From positions 7,817 to 71,816 of the forward strand of contig CAVVWZ010000065.1 in the NCBI GenBank assembly GCA_963752035.1: DNA of 64,000 nt, in the 5' to 3' direction. This DNA comes from an uncultured delta proteobacterium. GTDB taxonomy: Bacteria > Desulfobacterota > WTBG01. The notes below the pieces were generated by a model. It worked only from the letters and a program-made list of their open reading frames with translations. It did not search any database and was not told where the DNA came from. Positions 52,009 to 62,909 of this stretch are shown here, one piece after another (position 1 is the first letter of the stretch; each line of letters opens with the position of its first letter). A program made the position numbers and the translations under genes.

Positions 52009-53250
52009 TTATTTTCTCCCGATTTCAATTTTCACCCTTCCAATCGAACGCTCGTCTGAGCTCAAAACAGTAAAAATCACATTGTCAAAGTGTAAAACCT
52101 CTCCAGGTTGTGGGATATGACCAAACCGCTCTAAGAGAAAACCTCCCAGTGTTTCATAATCTCCCTCAGGCAGGGTCAGGGAAAACACTTCACGCATTTG
52201 ATTCACTTCCATGCGTGAACTAACGATATATCTATTCTTCCCTGTTTTACGATAAAGTTTTTTATCCGCGTCATATTCATCTTCGATTTCTCCCACGATC
52301 TCTTCCAGAATATCTTCTATGGTAATAATTCCAACCCCTCCGCCATACTCATCAACCACAACGGCAAGGTGATTTCTCTGTTTTTGCATTTCGATAAGAA
52401 GGTCATCGACAGGCTTCACTTCGGGCACATAGGGTACAGTGCGTATGAGTGAGAGAAGGGGTTTTTTACTAAGAGCTTCGTCTAACAGATCAAAACTGTT
52501 AATAACACCAATGATATTGTCGACGCGTTCGTGATAGACAGGAATACGGGAGTGTCCCTTCACATCAATCAGCTCTATCACTTCCTTGATGGTCACAGTA
52601 TCTTCAATGGCGGCTACATCCACAAGGGGAACCATTGCTTCTTTTACGGTTGTATGGGCAAAGTCAAAGAGCCGATCAATCATAGTGACCTCTTCGGGGG
52701 TTAAGTCACTTCCCTTTCTGCTCATTTTGACAATGAGTCTCAATTCTTCACGGGTAACAAAGGGTATACCCTTCGATCCTTTCACTCCGGATAGGCGAAA
52801 GAGAAACTGTGTTACTCTGGTAATGAGAAAGACGAGCGGATAAAACATATAGGAAGCCAGGAAAATGGGATATGCTACCCTGAGGGAGATGCTGTTAGCA
52901 TGCTGCTGAAAAAGTGTTTTCGGTATAATTTCGCCGAAGATGAGCAAGAGGGGGGTAAGCAGAATGACCGCATAGACTTCTCCTTTCCCGCTCAACCGCG
53001 AGAGAAGAAAGGACGTTATTAAAATTGAATTTGTTACCACTGAAAGATTGGTTCCACAGAGGGTGGTTGCCAGAATACGTTCACGGTCTTTAAGCAGGTC
53101 AAGGGTCATGCGTATTCTGGCCGGTGAAGCATTTGATGATTTTCTGATCTTTTGAGGATTGGCTGCGATCAGGGCTATTTCCGAACCTGAAAAGAAGGCC
53201 TCAGAGGCAAGGAATATCAAAAAGATTGCAGTGTAGAGGAAAATTTCCAT
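52009..53250 (-). CDS. CNNM/HlyC-CorC family transporter (DUF21 + CBS pair + CorC_HlyC)
   Basis: 413 aa; N-terminal 4-TM DUF21, CBS pair, C-terminal transporter-associated domain. Confidence 0.8.
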   Translation of the reverse strand: MEIFLYTAIFLIFLASEAFFSGSEIALIAANPQKIRKSSNASPARIRMTLDLLKDRERILATTLCGTNLSVVTNSILITSFLLSRLSGKGEVYAVILLTPLLLIFGEIIPKTLFQQHANSISLRVAYPIFLASYMFYPLVFLITRVTQFLFRLSGVKGSKGIPFVTREELRLIVKMSRKGSDLTPEEVTMIDRLFDFAHTTVKEAMVPLVDVAAIEDTVTIKEVIELIDVKGHSRIPVYHERVDNIIGVINSFDLLDEALSKKPLLSLIRTVPYVPEVKPVDDLLIEMQKQRNHLAVVVDEYGGGVGIITIEDILEEIVGEIEDEYDADKKLYRKTGKNRYIVSSRMEVNQMREVFSLTLPEGDYETLGGFLLERFGHIPQPGEVLHFDNVIFTVLSSDERSIGRVKIEIGRK

Positions 53251-53257
53251 GTGATCT

Positions 53258-54280
53258 CTATTTTTTTCTTTTTATTACAGCATCAAACTCATCATAAATT
53301 TCACCAAACAGCTCTTCAAGCACATCTTCTATGGTAATCAGGCCGACGACTTTCCTTGCCCTGTTAACCACCAGTGCGAGGTGGATCTTTTTTTCTTGAA
53401 ACTCCTTCAACACAACATGTATCCTCTTATCCTGTGGAACAAAATAAGGGGGACGAAGAACACTCCCAATAGAAGCAGTCTTGCCATCTGGTTTGAAATG
53501 CATGGTAAGCAGATCTTTTACATTAAGGATGCCGGCAATATCGTTCTTTTCTTTTTCATAAACTGGTATACGAGAATAAGGGTGTTTTTTTGCCTGTTTG
53601 ATCGCTTGATCAATGGACAAATCATGTGACATGGTAAACATGATTGAGTAAGGAGTCATTATTGAGAACACGGGGGTGTCATTAAATTTCAAAATATTGT
53701 GAATCAATGCACGCTCTTCCTCTTCAAGCACCCCATCTTTATGGCCTGCATCTATTAAATCCTTGAGCTCTCTCTCATAGAAGATCGTACTCTGTTTTTC
53801 ATATGAAGCACTAAAGAGAGCAAGAATTGCATCCACTATTCTTCTAATGGCCCATCTCAGGGGAAAGATGACACGTGAAAAGAAATCCAGGGGCCTTGCT
53901 ACAAAAAAAGAAAATTTCTCGTTATAAGACACTGCGATTGTTTTAGGAAGAACCTCCCCAAAAAGGAGTATAAGTGGGGTCATAATGGCAATAGCAATCC
54001 ATTTCCCTTGAAAACCAACCAGGGAAATACAGAGGGAGGCTGCAAGTGCTGAAGCACTAATGTTGATACACTCATTTCCCACCAGGATAGAGATGAGAAG
54101 ACGTCGCGGGTTTTCTAACAGTTTGTATACGAGTGATTCCTTGGGATGTTTCGACTCTTTAAACTTGAACAGTTTAACAGAACCAAGTGAAAAAAGGGCT
54201 GTCTCTGATCCAGAGAAAAAGGCCGAAAAACAGAGCAGAATACCGATGAGGATTATTTTGATGAGAACCAGGCTTTCCAA
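53258..54280 (-). CDS. DUF21-CBS domain membrane protein (CNNM family paralogue)
   Basis: 340 aa; same architecture without CorC C-domain. Confidence 0.75.
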   Translation of the reverse strand: MESLVLIKIILIGILLCFSAFFSGSETALFSLGSVKLFKFKESKHPKESLVYKLLENPRRLLISILVGNECINISASALAASLCISLVGFQGKWIAIAIMTPLILLFGEVLPKTIAVSYNEKFSFFVARPLDFFSRVIFPLRWAIRRIVDAILALFSASYEKQSTIFYERELKDLIDAGHKDGVLEEEERALIHNILKFNDTPVFSIMTPYSIMFTMSHDLSIDQAIKQAKKHPYSRIPVYEKEKNDIAGILNVKDLLTMHFKPDGKTASIGSVLRPPYFVPQDKRIHVVLKEFQEKKIHLALVVNRARKVVGLITIEDVLEELFGEIYDEFDAVIKRKK

Positions 54281-54442
54281 GATTTGCTGATTACCAGTGA
54301 AAGGTTTGCTTATTTACCGGCAAATGACGAGAAAGCCCCGCGCTGCCTGCGGGGAGCATCACAATTGCTGGGGGCAAAAATCACGATGGCTGTATTGATA
54401 ATAGGCACTGTTCAAAAAGCCAATACTTAAAGGCCTAAAGAG

Positions 54443-54479
54443 CGGGGACGGTTCTATGAAGAAAATAGAACTGTCCCCG
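54443..54479 (-). terminator. terminator-like hairpin downstream of dfx (14-bp stem)
   Basis: CGGGGACGGTTCTA-TGAAGAAAA-TAGAACTGTCCCCG. Confidence 0.45.
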
Positions 54480-54490
54480 TTAGTTTATTT

Positions 54491-54865
54491 CTAGCTCACC
54501 CACAAACCATGGAGGTTGCAGTAGGCCCGTGCACATTTAACAGCACCATCAACTTCAAAGGTTGCTTCAGGCTTGTCTCCCGGCTTCAAATAGGCACGAT
54601 AGAGTTTAGCATCTGTCAAAACACCAATCACCTCGATAAAGTGTTTCTCTTCCATGGGATGGGGTGCCTTGCCGACTGTAACCGTTACGGTGTTCCCTTC
54701 CTTGGAAATAACCGGCACATGCTTTTCAACTGCAGCATCCGTAGTGTTACCTTTTAAGTGCACCATATCCTGACCACAGCAAACAAGACTACCACCGGCT
54801 CCATGAACTACTGATACAAGATTTCCGCACAATTCACATTGATAAACTTCATCTCTTTGTGTCAT
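54491..54865 (-). CDS. dfx: desulfoferrodoxin (2Fe superoxide reductase)
   Basis: N-terminal desulforedoxin CELCGN...CCGQDM, C-terminal neelaredoxin HxxH...C..H. Confidence 0.85.
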   Translation of the reverse strand: MTQRDEVYQCELCGNLVSVVHGAGGSLVCCGQDMVHLKGNTTDAAVEKHVPVISKEGNTVTVTVGKAPHPMEEKHFIEVIGVLTDAKLYRAYLKPGDKPEATFEVDGAVKCARAYCNLHGLWVS

Positions 54866-55373
54866 CTCTGTACCTCCTTTACTGGTAAAGTTTAAAGCAC
54901 TTCCTTGTCATCAGTCACATCTCTGATGATCACTATATTAGTATTATTGTCTCCTGATTGAACATTACCACAACTCCTGTCAAATTCACAAAGAAAATTA
55001 TCATCTCAATGAAACTTCTTGGCTGTTTGATCTCTAGCCCAGACTGCCGCTTTATACCCCTAAACGAAAAAGCCTTTATTATCTTAGGCGTACTGCTCTA
55101 AATTCTTGCAATTATAGGTTTATTGTAATAAATTACAGGATGAAAAATCAAGAGAAGTCAGAAAAACAGAGAATGGAATTTGAGAATCACAGCAAAGTTG
55201 CAAAGTACGCCAAGATTAACAATAGATAAAAAGTGCTGTTCATGCGAGCATCAAAGCACGAAGCTATTTCATCATAAAGTTTTCTCTGGCTCCTGAAGGT
55301 TTGCTGTGCCCTTCGGGATCTCAATGCGGTGAGCAATAGGTTTTTGCATTTGAATTTGTAATTCTTTGTAGTT

Positions 55374-55405
55374 TATTCTGTACTTCTGTCTTATCTGACT
55401 TCTAG
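55374..55405 (+). repeat. heptamer-array fragment (ttctgtacttctgtcttatctgacttct)
   Basis: Direct reading, upstream of malQ. Confidence 0.5.
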
Positions 55406-55443
55406 TTTTTTAGATTTTAATTATCTGCAGGAGGAATAAATTA

Positions 55444-56940
55444 ATGAAGGAACGGGGAAGCGGAATATTACTCCATATAACATCACTGCCCTCTCCCTAT
55501 GGCATCGGGGATTTGGGACCCGGCGCATATAGATTTGCCGACTTCCTGGCTCAATCAAAGCAGCGTTTCTGGCAAATATTACCCATCAATCCTATAGATC
55601 CAGTTTATGGCAATTCGCCCTATCACAGCATTTCAGCCTTTGCAAGCAACCTTTACCTGATAAGTCCTGAACTAATGGTCCAGGAGGGCTTACTCTTGAA
55701 AGAAGATCTTGAACCCCTGCCTGCCTTTTCACCGGACACGGTTCACTACCGGAAGGCGATCACCTACAAAGTACGACTATTTCACAAAGCATACGAACGC
55801 TTTAAAACAAGTGCCACAAGCGGCTATGAAGAGTTTGTCGCCCACAATGCCCACTGGCTTGATGATTTTTCTCTCTTTCAATCCCTCAAAGAACATTACA
55901 ACTACAAGGGCTGGATTGAATGGCCAGCAGAAATCCGCGACCGGCAACCGGAAGCCCTGCAAGCCATCAGGAAAACCCTTCACGATCAAATCGAGCGTGA
56001 ATGTTTTCTCCACTATGTGTTCCATAAGCAGTGGTCGGCACTCAAGAACTACTGTAATCAGCAGGGCATTAACATATTTGGAGATATGCCCATTTACGTA
56101 GATCATGACAGTGTTGATGTCTGGAAGAACCCGGAAATGTTTCAACTGGATCAGGCCAAGCGCCCATCATTTGTTGCAGGTGTTCCCCCTGATTATTTCA
56201 GTGAGTCGGGACAGCTGTGGGGAAATCCCCTCTATCGATGGGATGTTTTGAAGGAACACCGGTATGAATGGTGGATACAAAGGATGGAGCACAATCTGGC
56301 ACTCTTTGATTTTGTAAGAATTGATCACTTCCGTGGATTAGTCGCCTACTGGGAAGTTCCGGCTGATAAGACAACAGCCATTGAAGGAAAGTGGGTTGAA
56401 GCACCTGCAGAAGACTTCTTCACTGTCTTACTTGATCACTTTCCCAAATCATCTATTATTGCAGAAGATCTTGGTATCATTACCCCCGACGTACGGGCCC
56501 TGATGGATCAGTTTCAATTTCCGGGTATGAAGGTGCTTCTCTTTGCCTTCGATGATGAGCTGGGTGCCAATCCCTACCTGCCCCACAATCACGTAGAGAA
56601 CTGTGTGGTATACACCGGCACCCACGATAACAACACTGTTAAAGGCTGGTTTGACGGAGAGGCATCGCAAAATGCTAAAACAAATCTTTTTCGATACCTC
56701 GGACATGAACTATCATCATCGAACATCCACTGGGAATTAATCAGGCTCGCCATGATGTCAGTTGCGAAAATGGTTATCTTTCCCATGCAGGACGTTCTTG
56801 GTCTGGGAGAAAATGATCGTATGAACCGGCCATCTGTCGCCCAGGGAAACTGGCAGTGGAGACTGCTTACAGAGCACCTTACACCAGAGTTGCAAAAAAA
56901 AATGCGGGACATGACCCGGATGTATGGAAGGTCCGGATAA
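55444..56940 (+). CDS. malQ: 4-alpha-glucanotransferase (amylomaltase, GH77)
   Basis: 498 aa; GILLHITSLPSPYGIGDLG, RIDHFRG, GTHDN motifs. Confidence 0.9.
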   Translation: MKERGSGILLHITSLPSPYGIGDLGPGAYRFADFLAQSKQRFWQILPINPIDPVYGNSPYHSISAFASNLYLISPELMVQEGLLLKEDLEPLPAFSPDTVHYRKAITYKVRLFHKAYERFKTSATSGYEEFVAHNAHWLDDFSLFQSLKEHYNYKGWIEWPAEIRDRQPEALQAIRKTLHDQIERECFLHYVFHKQWSALKNYCNQQGINIFGDMPIYVDHDSVDVWKNPEMFQLDQAKRPSFVAGVPPDYFSESGQLWGNPLYRWDVLKEHRYEWWIQRMEHNLALFDFVRIDHFRGLVAYWEVPADKTTAIEGKWVEAPAEDFFTVLLDHFPKSSIIAEDLGIITPDVRALMDQFQFPGMKVLLFAFDDELGANPYLPHNHVENCVVYTGTHDNNTVKGWFDGEASQNAKTNLFRYLGHELSSSNIHWELIRLAMMSVAKMVIFPMQDVLGLGENDRMNRPSVAQGNWQWRLLTEHLTPELQKKMRDMTRMYGRSG

Positions 56941-57032
56941 ATGACCATAGGTCATTGGCAGGAATTATCCCATCCTTTGGGTTCACAACGACTGTATTCA
57001 TACAATGAAAAAAGAAGAGCACACCGGCACTA

Positions 57033-59240
57033 ATGGTTGAATCAATTCAGGAGATTTTTAAAAGGAAAATTGTACCAGTCACCTTTGAGCGAAGCATCGG
57101 ATTGTTCGGAGCTACATCTATCGGCGTTGGCGCCCTTCTGGGAGCCGGCATTTATGTGCTCATCGGCCTGGCTGCCGGTGTCGCAGGTCCGTCCGTATGG
57201 CTATCCTACCTTCTGTGCGGTATTGTAGCTTTCTGCACTACACTGGTCTTTGCCGAACTGGCACGCATTGTACCACTAACCGGTGGCGGCTACGCATATA
57301 CTTACAAAACCCTTGGCAGTTTCGGCAGTTTCATGACCGGCTGGTTCCTTGCACTGGGGAGTGTTTTTGCCTGCGGTTTATATGCAATCGGCTTTGGCGA
57401 GTATTTTTCTTCATTGTTAGGCTATGACATTACGGGATTCGGCATCAAATTCATCGCAATCCTCATTGTCGTTGCTGCTATCTTGCTCAACACACGGGGA
57501 ACAAAAAGTGGAGACAGAATTCAGAAATGTCTTACCTGGGGAAGTGTATCCATCCTTACAGTCCTGATTATTGCGTCCCTTACCAACCTTGATGTGGATC
57601 AGTTGACCCCGGTCTTTCCCCGGGGCATTCAGGGAACCTATGGTGCCATTTCCATCATCTACGTTTCATTTTTTGGTTATCAACTCATTGCAAATAACAC
57701 TGATGAAATCATCGATCCCACCCGGACCGTTCCCAGGGCAATGATTCTCTCAATGCTTATCAGTATTTTGATCTATGTTTTAGTTTCCCTGGTCGCCATA
57801 ATGGTTGTCCCCTGGGAGGAACTTGCATCAACCAATGCTCCCCTGGTTGCCGTTGCCACCAAAAGTTTTGGCCAGCTCGGCTGGATAATCATCTCAATTG
57901 GTGGTGTTCTTGCCGCTGCGGGGGCACTTAACAGTACACTGCTATCCCAGGGACGACAGATTTACGCAATGGGAAATCACCGCTTCTTACCTGGCATCCT
58001 GGGGAAAATTCATGAGGTCCACAAAACTCCCCGGGTTGCTCTACTGACAGGGGGGATTGCAGTCATTGCAGCCTTGAGCTTTCTTAACCTTCAGTTCATT
58101 GCTAAATCAGCAAACTTCTGTCTTTTATGTTCTCTGCTGCCTGTCTCCCTCGCACTGCGGAAAATTTATAAAACCGACAAAGCAAAACGACCCGCCGCCC
58201 GGTGGAAATGGTATCTACCTGAAATTGCTCTCGTCACCAATGCAGGCCTTCTTCTCAGCCTTGACTGGATTTCTCTCACCTTCGGCTTCCAGCTTGGCCT
58301 ACTCGGTCTGGTTCTCTACTTTTTTTACTCCCGAAAAAGAGAAATCCGTTCACGAACCGGCATGAATGTAGTTCTGGTTGAGAAACAAAAGCCCCATTTG
58401 AGCAGGGGAATCCGCATTCTTGTCCCCGTTGCCAACCCTCAAACCCAGCGGGCAATCCTTTCCATTGCTAACGCCCTGCTCTCCAAAGAAGGCGGTGAAG
58501 TCGTCGTCTTGTCGGTAATCACCACACCGGAACAAATGGATTTTTACTCAGCCCTTTCAAATGCCGACCTCTCGCTTGAACTCATGCAGCAGAGCTCCGA
58601 AATAGCGAAACTCTCTGATGTTCCCATCAAGCCGGTCATCCGGGCATCCCGCAGCATTCCCAAAGGCATCGTTCATGCTGCGGAGGAGGAGGGATGTAAT
58701 CTTACCGTCATGGGTTACAGCGGTCAGGATAACATCGAAACGGCCAGTTTAATGGAAGAGGTCCTTCACCAGTCCAGCACAGACATAATCTTTTTTAAGC
58801 TAAAAAAAATCGATGGTAATTTCTCTCCTCGGAACATTGCAGTATCGCTGGGAGGGCGTTCCAACCTGGAATTGGCAATCAAGCTTGCCGATGCCCTTGC
58901 AGATCAGTTTGGATCTGACATGACCTTCCTCAATATTCTCCCGGAAAACTACACTCCTCAACAACGGGACTATACCGACCGTACTTTCATTGAGGCCATC
59001 CAGAGACACCGTTCCAAAGCACTCTACAACATTAAAGTACTCGCTTCAGACAATGCAGTAGAGACACTGGTGGAAACATCCAAGAATTTTGACCTCCTGA
59101 TTGTGGGAACGACAAAATCAGGTCTCCTCCAGCGGGCAACAGTAGGAACATTCTCAACACAAATTGCCGAAAGATCCTCCTGTTCGGTAGCGGTGGTCAG
59201 GGTTGTCCCGAGGGCACAAAAAATAATGCAGAAAATTTAA
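57033..59240 (+). CDS. APC-family amino-acid permease fused to two C-terminal universal-stress-protein (UspA) domains
   Basis: About 12 TM N-domain; two Usp-like modules after residue about 450. Confidence 0.8.
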   Translation: MVESIQEIFKRKIVPVTFERSIGLFGATSIGVGALLGAGIYVLIGLAAGVAGPSVWLSYLLCGIVAFCTTLVFAELARIVPLTGGGYAYTYKTLGSFGSFMTGWFLALGSVFACGLYAIGFGEYFSSLLGYDITGFGIKFIAILIVVAAILLNTRGTKSGDRIQKCLTWGSVSILTVLIIASLTNLDVDQLTPVFPRGIQGTYGAISIIYVSFFGYQLIANNTDEIIDPTRTVPRAMILSMLISILIYVLVSLVAIMVVPWEELASTNAPLVAVATKSFGQLGWIIISIGGVLAAAGALNSTLLSQGRQIYAMGNHRFLPGILGKIHEVHKTPRVALLTGGIAVIAALSFLNLQFIAKSANFCLLCSLLPVSLALRKIYKTDKAKRPAARWKWYLPEIALVTNAGLLLSLDWISLTFGFQLGLLGLVLYFFYSRKREIRSRTGMNVVLVEKQKPHLSRGIRILVPVANPQTQRAILSIANALLSKEGGEVVVLSVITTPEQMDFYSALSNADLSLELMQQSSEIAKLSDVPIKPVIRASRSIPKGIVHAAEEEGCNLTVMGYSGQDNIETASLMEEVLHQSSTDIIFFKLKKIDGNFSPRNIAVSLGGRSNLELAIKLADALADQFGSDMTFLNILPENYTPQQRDYTDRTFIEAIQRHRSKALYNIKVLASDNAVETLVETSKNFDLLIVGTTKSGLLQRATVGTFSTQIAERSSCSVAVVRVVPRAQKIMQKI

Positions 59241-59243
59241 ACT

Positions 59244-59490
59244 ACAGAAGTCAGAAGACAGAAGTACGGAGAGATTAGAATATAATACAAACGAACGTCT
59301 CTAAACATCTCATCAAATCCTTATTCCTGGGACAGATTGGATATTGTTGTTTCAACTTTGAGTCTTGACTCTAGAAAGTTAAAATTCAGCTTTGTGCTCT
59401 CTGCGTCTCTGTCGGTGTCATTTTAAATCTTGTTAATCTTTATTCTTCTCCTGTCTTCTTACTTCTGTCTTCCTGTTTTCTGCTAAGTTT
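59244..59490. mobile_element. MITE-like element: inverted TTCTGAC-type heptamer arrays about 200 bp apart
   Basis: 59244-59270 cagaagtcagaagacagaagtac vs 59443-59485 cttctcctgtcttcttacttctgtcttcctg. Confidence 0.5.
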
Positions 59491-59569
59491 GACTTGAAAA
59501 GCCTTCAAAAGGTAGTGTAAAATGGTTGCCATACTTGTCATTGAGCACATAACCTAGGAGATTTGCCTC

Positions 59570-60511
59570 ATGAACTACGATACTGCCCTGAGGATGTATA
59601 CGGCAAAGCGAATCGAGGAAATTGAAACAGCAGACATCCTAGTAGGAATTCCCTGCTACAACAACGAAAGTACCATTACCCATGTGATCCAGATGGTTAC
59701 CCATGGGCTCGCTAAACACTACAAAAATAAAAGGAGCGTAATTCATATTGCCGATGGTGGATCTACGGACGATACCAGAGAAGTGGCAAAGGAATTTCAG
59801 ATTAAGCCCTGGCAGGAAAAGATCGTTTCCATATACCGGGGACCGGGTGGTAAGGGCACCGCACTGCGTTCTATCTTCGAGACTGCTGAACGGCTTGGCG
59901 TTCAGGCCTGTGCAGTGGTAGATTCAGATTTGAGAAGTATTACCTCAGACTGGATTCACTACCTGGTCGATCCGGTACTTACCAAGGGATACCAATTTGT
60001 AGCACCGGTCTACCTCCGCCATAAGTATGACGGCACCATTACTAACAACATCGTTTACAATCTCACCCGTGCTCTTTATGGCAAACGGATCCGTCAGCCC
60101 ATTGGAGGTGATTTTGCATTTTCAAGAGATGTTGCCAGGTTTTATGTTGACCAGGATGTATGGGACACCGACGTAGCCCGTTACGGTATTGACATCTGGA
60201 TGACTACCAATGCCGTAACCCAGGGCTTTCGTATTTGCCAGGCCAACTTAGGGGTTAAGATTCATGATGCAAAAGATCCCGGCCAGCATCTCGGCCCTAT
60301 GTTCAGACAGGTCATATGGACCCTCTTTTCCCTGATGGAAAACTATGAAGTGTACTGGAAAAAGGTTCGCGGAAGTGAACCACTGGAAATTTTCGGATTC
60401 GAGGGTGCAATTGAACCTGAACCGGTGAAGGTTGATTTGGACAGTATGATTGAACGGTTCAAGGTCGGCTTTCAGCAGTTTTCTTCCTCTCTGGAAGGAT
60501 ATTTTTTGTGA
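59570..60511 (+). CDS. GT81-family glucosyl-3-phosphoglycerate-synthase-like glycosyltransferase
   Basis: VGIPCYNNE, ADGGSTDDT, GKGTAL, VVDSDL (DxD), GGDFAFSRD, RQVIWTLFS resemble GpgS. Confidence 0.6.
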   Translation: MNYDTALRMYTAKRIEEIETADILVGIPCYNNESTITHVIQMVTHGLAKHYKNKRSVIHIADGGSTDDTREVAKEFQIKPWQEKIVSIYRGPGGKGTALRSIFETAERLGVQACAVVDSDLRSITSDWIHYLVDPVLTKGYQFVAPVYLRHKYDGTITNNIVYNLTRALYGKRIRQPIGGDFAFSRDVARFYVDQDVWDTDVARYGIDIWMTTNAVTQGFRICQANLGVKIHDAKDPGQHLGPMFRQVIWTLFSLMENYEVYWKKVRGSEPLEIFGFEGAIEPEPVKVDLDSMIERFKVGFQQFSSSLEGYFL

Positions 60512-60550
60512 AACCTGTTTTAAGGAAATTCAAAAAGCTGCAGACCATGG

Positions 60551-60875
60551 ATGGAAAGGCATTTCATCTTTCCCACAGATGCGTGGGTCCGGATTCTCTA
60601 CGAATTAGCTGCCACCTTTCACGCAGTGGAAGGTGAACCGGCTAAAGCTCATCGAGCTGGTAACACCCCTCTACTATGCCCGGGTGGCTTCCTTCGTGAA
60701 ACAGAGCTGGGACATGTCATCACAGGAAGCTGAAAATCTGGTGGAGGAACAGGCAGTAAAATTTGAAAAACATAAAGATTACCTCATAGAGGTATGGGAC
60801 AAAAAATCCAACGAGAAAAAGAAAGAAAAAGAGATGGAGATCATAAGACTAAACAATCTTATTAGATTTTTTTAG
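60551..60875 (+). CDS. hypothetical protein fragments in two overlapping frames (probable further frameshift)
   Basis: ORFs 60551-60733 and 60633-60875 overlap in different frames. Confidence 0.3.
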
Positions 60876-60892
60876 AAAGGAGTATGCTACCC

Positions 60893-61261
60893 ATGGAGGA
60901 AGAAAGAAATGGAGTAAATATGTCCCAACAGCTTTTCATCATAGCCCTTGGCGGTTTAGTGGGTGCAGCCCTTGCATTGCTCTATGCTCCCTCGAGCGGG
61001 GAAAATACCCGTCAATATCTGCGTATGCGGACTGAACAGGCAAGGCGCAGGGCCTACGACATTACCGGGCGGATCAAAGAAAACATCGAGCAATTGATTG
61101 ACGACATTAAGGAAACAACGGACGAGATCATTGAAGAAGGTGTAGAACTCACCGGGGACAAGAAGGCTGAGCTTTTAGCGGCGATTGAAGCCGGTAAAAA
61201 AGCAATCGAAGAAGAGAAAAAGAAACTGGAACAACTGGGATCGGAACAAAGAAACACCTGA
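60893..61261 (+). CDS. YtxH-like (DUF948) membrane-associated protein
   Basis: FIIALGGLVGAALALLYAPSSGENTRQ YtxH motif then coiled-coil. Confidence 0.5.
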   Translation: MEEERNGVNMSQQLFIIALGGLVGAALALLYAPSSGENTRQYLRMRTEQARRRAYDITGRIKENIEQLIDDIKETTDEIIEEGVELTGDKKAELLAAIEAGKKAIEEEKKKLEQLGSEQRNT

Positions 61262-61340
61262 GTTTCACCCCATAACAGATCCCCAAAGCAGCTCAGTTTA
61301 CCAGGGTTGTTCCTTCGTCCTTGAAAAAGGAGAAAGCCCT

Positions 61341-62237
61341 ATGGCAGATTTCCATCAGGAAGGCATTATTACTACGCTTCATGCACTCTACGAGGCATTT
61401 GACCGTGAAGCCTATCTCCAAAACCTCGAACGCAAACTGGAAGAGTACTCCAACCATCTCAGCATATGTCTCCTCCTTCCCTGTCTCTATTCCGAACTGA
61501 AAAACCCTCCCGTACTGAATCGCATAGTGGATGAAATCCAAAAAGTCCGCTACATCAGGAGAGTAGTGGTAGCTCTGGGAGGAACCAGGGAAGATGCTCA
61601 GTTCAGAGAAGTAAAAGAATTTTTTGGAAAACTCAAAACACCAGAACGTGATGTGAAAGTTGTCTGGGTCGAAGGGCCCCGCATCCAGTCTATATTTGAG
61701 GAAATTCAAAAAAAGGAAATTCCAACGGGCATTCAGGGAAAAGGACAGTCAGTGTGGATTACCCTCGGGTACATCTTTGCACAGGAGGATTGTGATGTAA
61801 TCGCACTACACGACTGTGACATTGTTACCTACGACCGGCTACTCTTAGGAAGGCTCATAGAACCAACAGCCAACCCCAATAATGACTTTGAGTTTTGCAA
61901 AGGATACTATGCCAGAATTTCACCGACGGAACGGGCAATGAAGGGCAGAGTAACCAGGCTGTTTGTAACCCCCTTTGTCGATGCCATGATGAACATAATG
62001 CACGAACGGGGTTTTCATGACCTTGAAAGGTTTTTTGCCTATCATCGAACCTACAACTATCCCCTGGCAGGGGAATTCAGTTTCGGCGCGCGGCTCGCCC
62101 GGGGAATCAATATCGCCTACGACTGGGGATTAGAGGTATCCACCCTGTCCGAGGTCTACCAGCGGGTCATTCCACGAAAGATTACCCAGATTGATCTCAT
62201 ACCCAACTATGAGCACAAGCATCAGGTCTCTCCATGA
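61341..62237 (+). CDS. second GT81-family (GpgS/MggA-like) glycosyltransferase; C-terminal continuation possibly in ORF 62191-62601 via frameshift
   Basis: AAGGAG before ATG 61341; HDCDIVTYD, GKGQSVW, GGEFSFGARL motifs parallel the upstream paralogue. Confidence 0.55.
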   Translation: MADFHQEGIITTLHALYEAFDREAYLQNLERKLEEYSNHLSICLLLPCLYSELKNPPVLNRIVDEIQKVRYIRRVVVALGGTREDAQFREVKEFFGKLKTPERDVKVVWVEGPRIQSIFEEIQKKEIPTGIQGKGQSVWITLGYIFAQEDCDVIALHDCDIVTYDRLLLGRLIEPTANPNNDFEFCKGYYARISPTERAMKGRVTRLFVTPFVDAMMNIMHERGFHDLERFFAYHRTYNYPLAGEFSFGARLARGINIAYDWGLEVSTLSEVYQRVIPRKITQIDLIPNYEHKHQVSP

Positions 62238-62262
62238 GGACGCCCATAAGGGACTCCACAAA

Positions 62263-62601
62263 ATGGTAGTGGACATCGCTAAGTTCTACTTAAACTATAT
62301 GCGGTCACATGGCATTCCTCTGGATGACGCCTTTGTTGACATGATCCGTAATACCTATGACCAGACTGCCCTGATGTTTATTAAAAATTACAGTGATGAT
62401 GCGGAAGTAAATGATCTGGTCTTTGACCGCTATCAGGAAGAGCGTACCGTTTCCCACTTCAGAGATTTTATCCTGACTGCATGGCAGGACTGCAAGGAAG
62501 AAACCCAGGGCACTCTAATTCCCTCATGGAACCGGGTGCTCTACAGCATCCCGGATATCTACTCCAAACTCCTGGAAGGAGTGGAAAAAGACAATCAATA
62601 A
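62263..62601 (+). CDS. hypothetical protein, or frameshifted C-terminal extension of the preceding GT81 gene
   Basis: ORF 62191-62601 overlaps preceding gene by 47 nt in another frame; internal ATG at 62263 has AAGGGA upstream. Confidence 0.3.
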   Translation: MVVDIAKFYLNYMRSHGIPLDDAFVDMIRNTYDQTALMFIKNYSDDAEVNDLVFDRYQEERTVSHFRDFILTAWQDCKEETQGTLIPSWNRVLYSIPDIYSKLLEGVEKDNQ

Positions 62602-62602
62602 A

Positions 62603-62895
62603 CAGAAGTCAGAAGACAGGAGTCAGGAGTAAGAATCCTCATCTCGGATTTCGGATTGCGGAATTAAAAAGCAATGAAGAAGAGTGGAGTGCTGGAGTGA
62701 TGAGCAAAAGGTTGTATGTTAAATGTTTTCCCTCTCCCCCGGGGAGAGGGGTAGGGTGAGGGGTATTTAGAACATTTGAGATTTGACATTTATTCGAAGT
62801 TCCCCTTTGGAATTAGTGCTTTCGATATTCGAATTTAAAAAAGTTTGTTGTAGTTATATTCTTACTTCTGACTTCTGTCTTCTATTTTTTAATTT
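62603..62895. mobile_element. MITE-like element: inverted heptamer arrays flanking CCCTCTCCCCCGGGGAGAGGGGTAGGGTGAGGGG and TCGGATT/TTCGAAT heptamers
   Basis: 62603-62630 cagaagtcagaagacaggagtcaggagtaag vs 62858-62885 cttacttctgacttctgtcttct. Confidence 0.5.
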
Positions 62896-62909
62896 TGTGA
62901 GGAAATTTG